DNA of 30,913 nucleotides from Escherichia coli (GTDB lineage Bacteria; Pseudomonadota; Gammaproteobacteria; Enterobacterales; Enterobacteriaceae): NCBI RefSeq assembly GCF_003334355.1, contig NZ_QOWP01000039.1; one strand, 5' to 3'. Shown piece by piece: positions 30,812 to 30,913 of this stretch (position 1 is its first letter; each line of letters starts with the position of its first letter). The notes under the pieces were generated by a model. It saw only the letters and a program-made list of their open reading frames with translations, ran no database searches and was not told where the DNA came from. The position numbers and the translations under genes were made by a program.

Positions 30812-30913
30812 TCAGGTGTGTTTAAAGCTGTTCTGCTGGGCAATACCCTGCAGTTTCGGGTGATCGCTGAGATATTTCAGGGAGGCTTTGTAGTCTTCCA
30901 GCAACAGTTCAGC
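30812..30913 (-). CDS. gadA: Glutamate decarboxylase GadA, C-terminal 33 codons (gene continues beyond the window)
   Basis: Minus-strand translation gives ...[33 protein letters not shown], which I recognise as the GadA/GadB C-terminus. gadB has the same tail; gadA is chosen from the gadX-adjacent position. Confidence 0.85.

Noticed and set aside
1-30913. Searched for CRISPR arrays, tRNA/rRNA genes, IS elements, integrases and phage modules
   Set aside because: No regularly spaced direct repeats, no tRNA-like or rRNA-like sequence, no transposase or integrase ORF and no terminal inverted repeats were seen; the only repeats are REP units and the agr/dinQ element.

Overview
This window reads as an Escherichia coli-type enterobacterial chromosome segment that I recognise from the translated ORFs: yhiM, yhiN, pitA, uspB, uspA, dtpB, rsmJ-prlC, rlmJ, gor, the dinQ/agrA/agrB type I toxin-antisense locus, arsRBC, an intact yhiS, then the acid fitness island (slp, dctR, yhiD, hdeBA, hdeD, gadE, mdtEF, gadW, gadY, gadX) and the 3' end of gadA. 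Gene identities come from recognising the protein sequences in the supplied ORF track; start codons were trimmed by eye where the six-frame ORF overran the likely start. No rRNA, tRNA, CRISPR array, IS element or prophage module was seen. I do not find convincing evidence of an undescribed multi-gene system. The most interesting items are: (1) the triplicated about 33-nt element that makes agrB antisense to the dinQ leader; (2) an uninterrupted 407-aa pentapeptide-repeat yhiS in a very AT-rich stretch; (3) a candidate minus-strand terminator inside the long gadE leader, consistent with a small antisense RNA; (4) an unannotated 93-aa ORF with a consensus Shine-Dalgarno antisense to the mdtF 3' end, probably spurious but testable; (5) unresolved short ORFs and a truncated reading frame at the 5' edge. 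All coordinates for RNA genes, promoters and terminators are approximate (hand-counted); no database search or folding was run.
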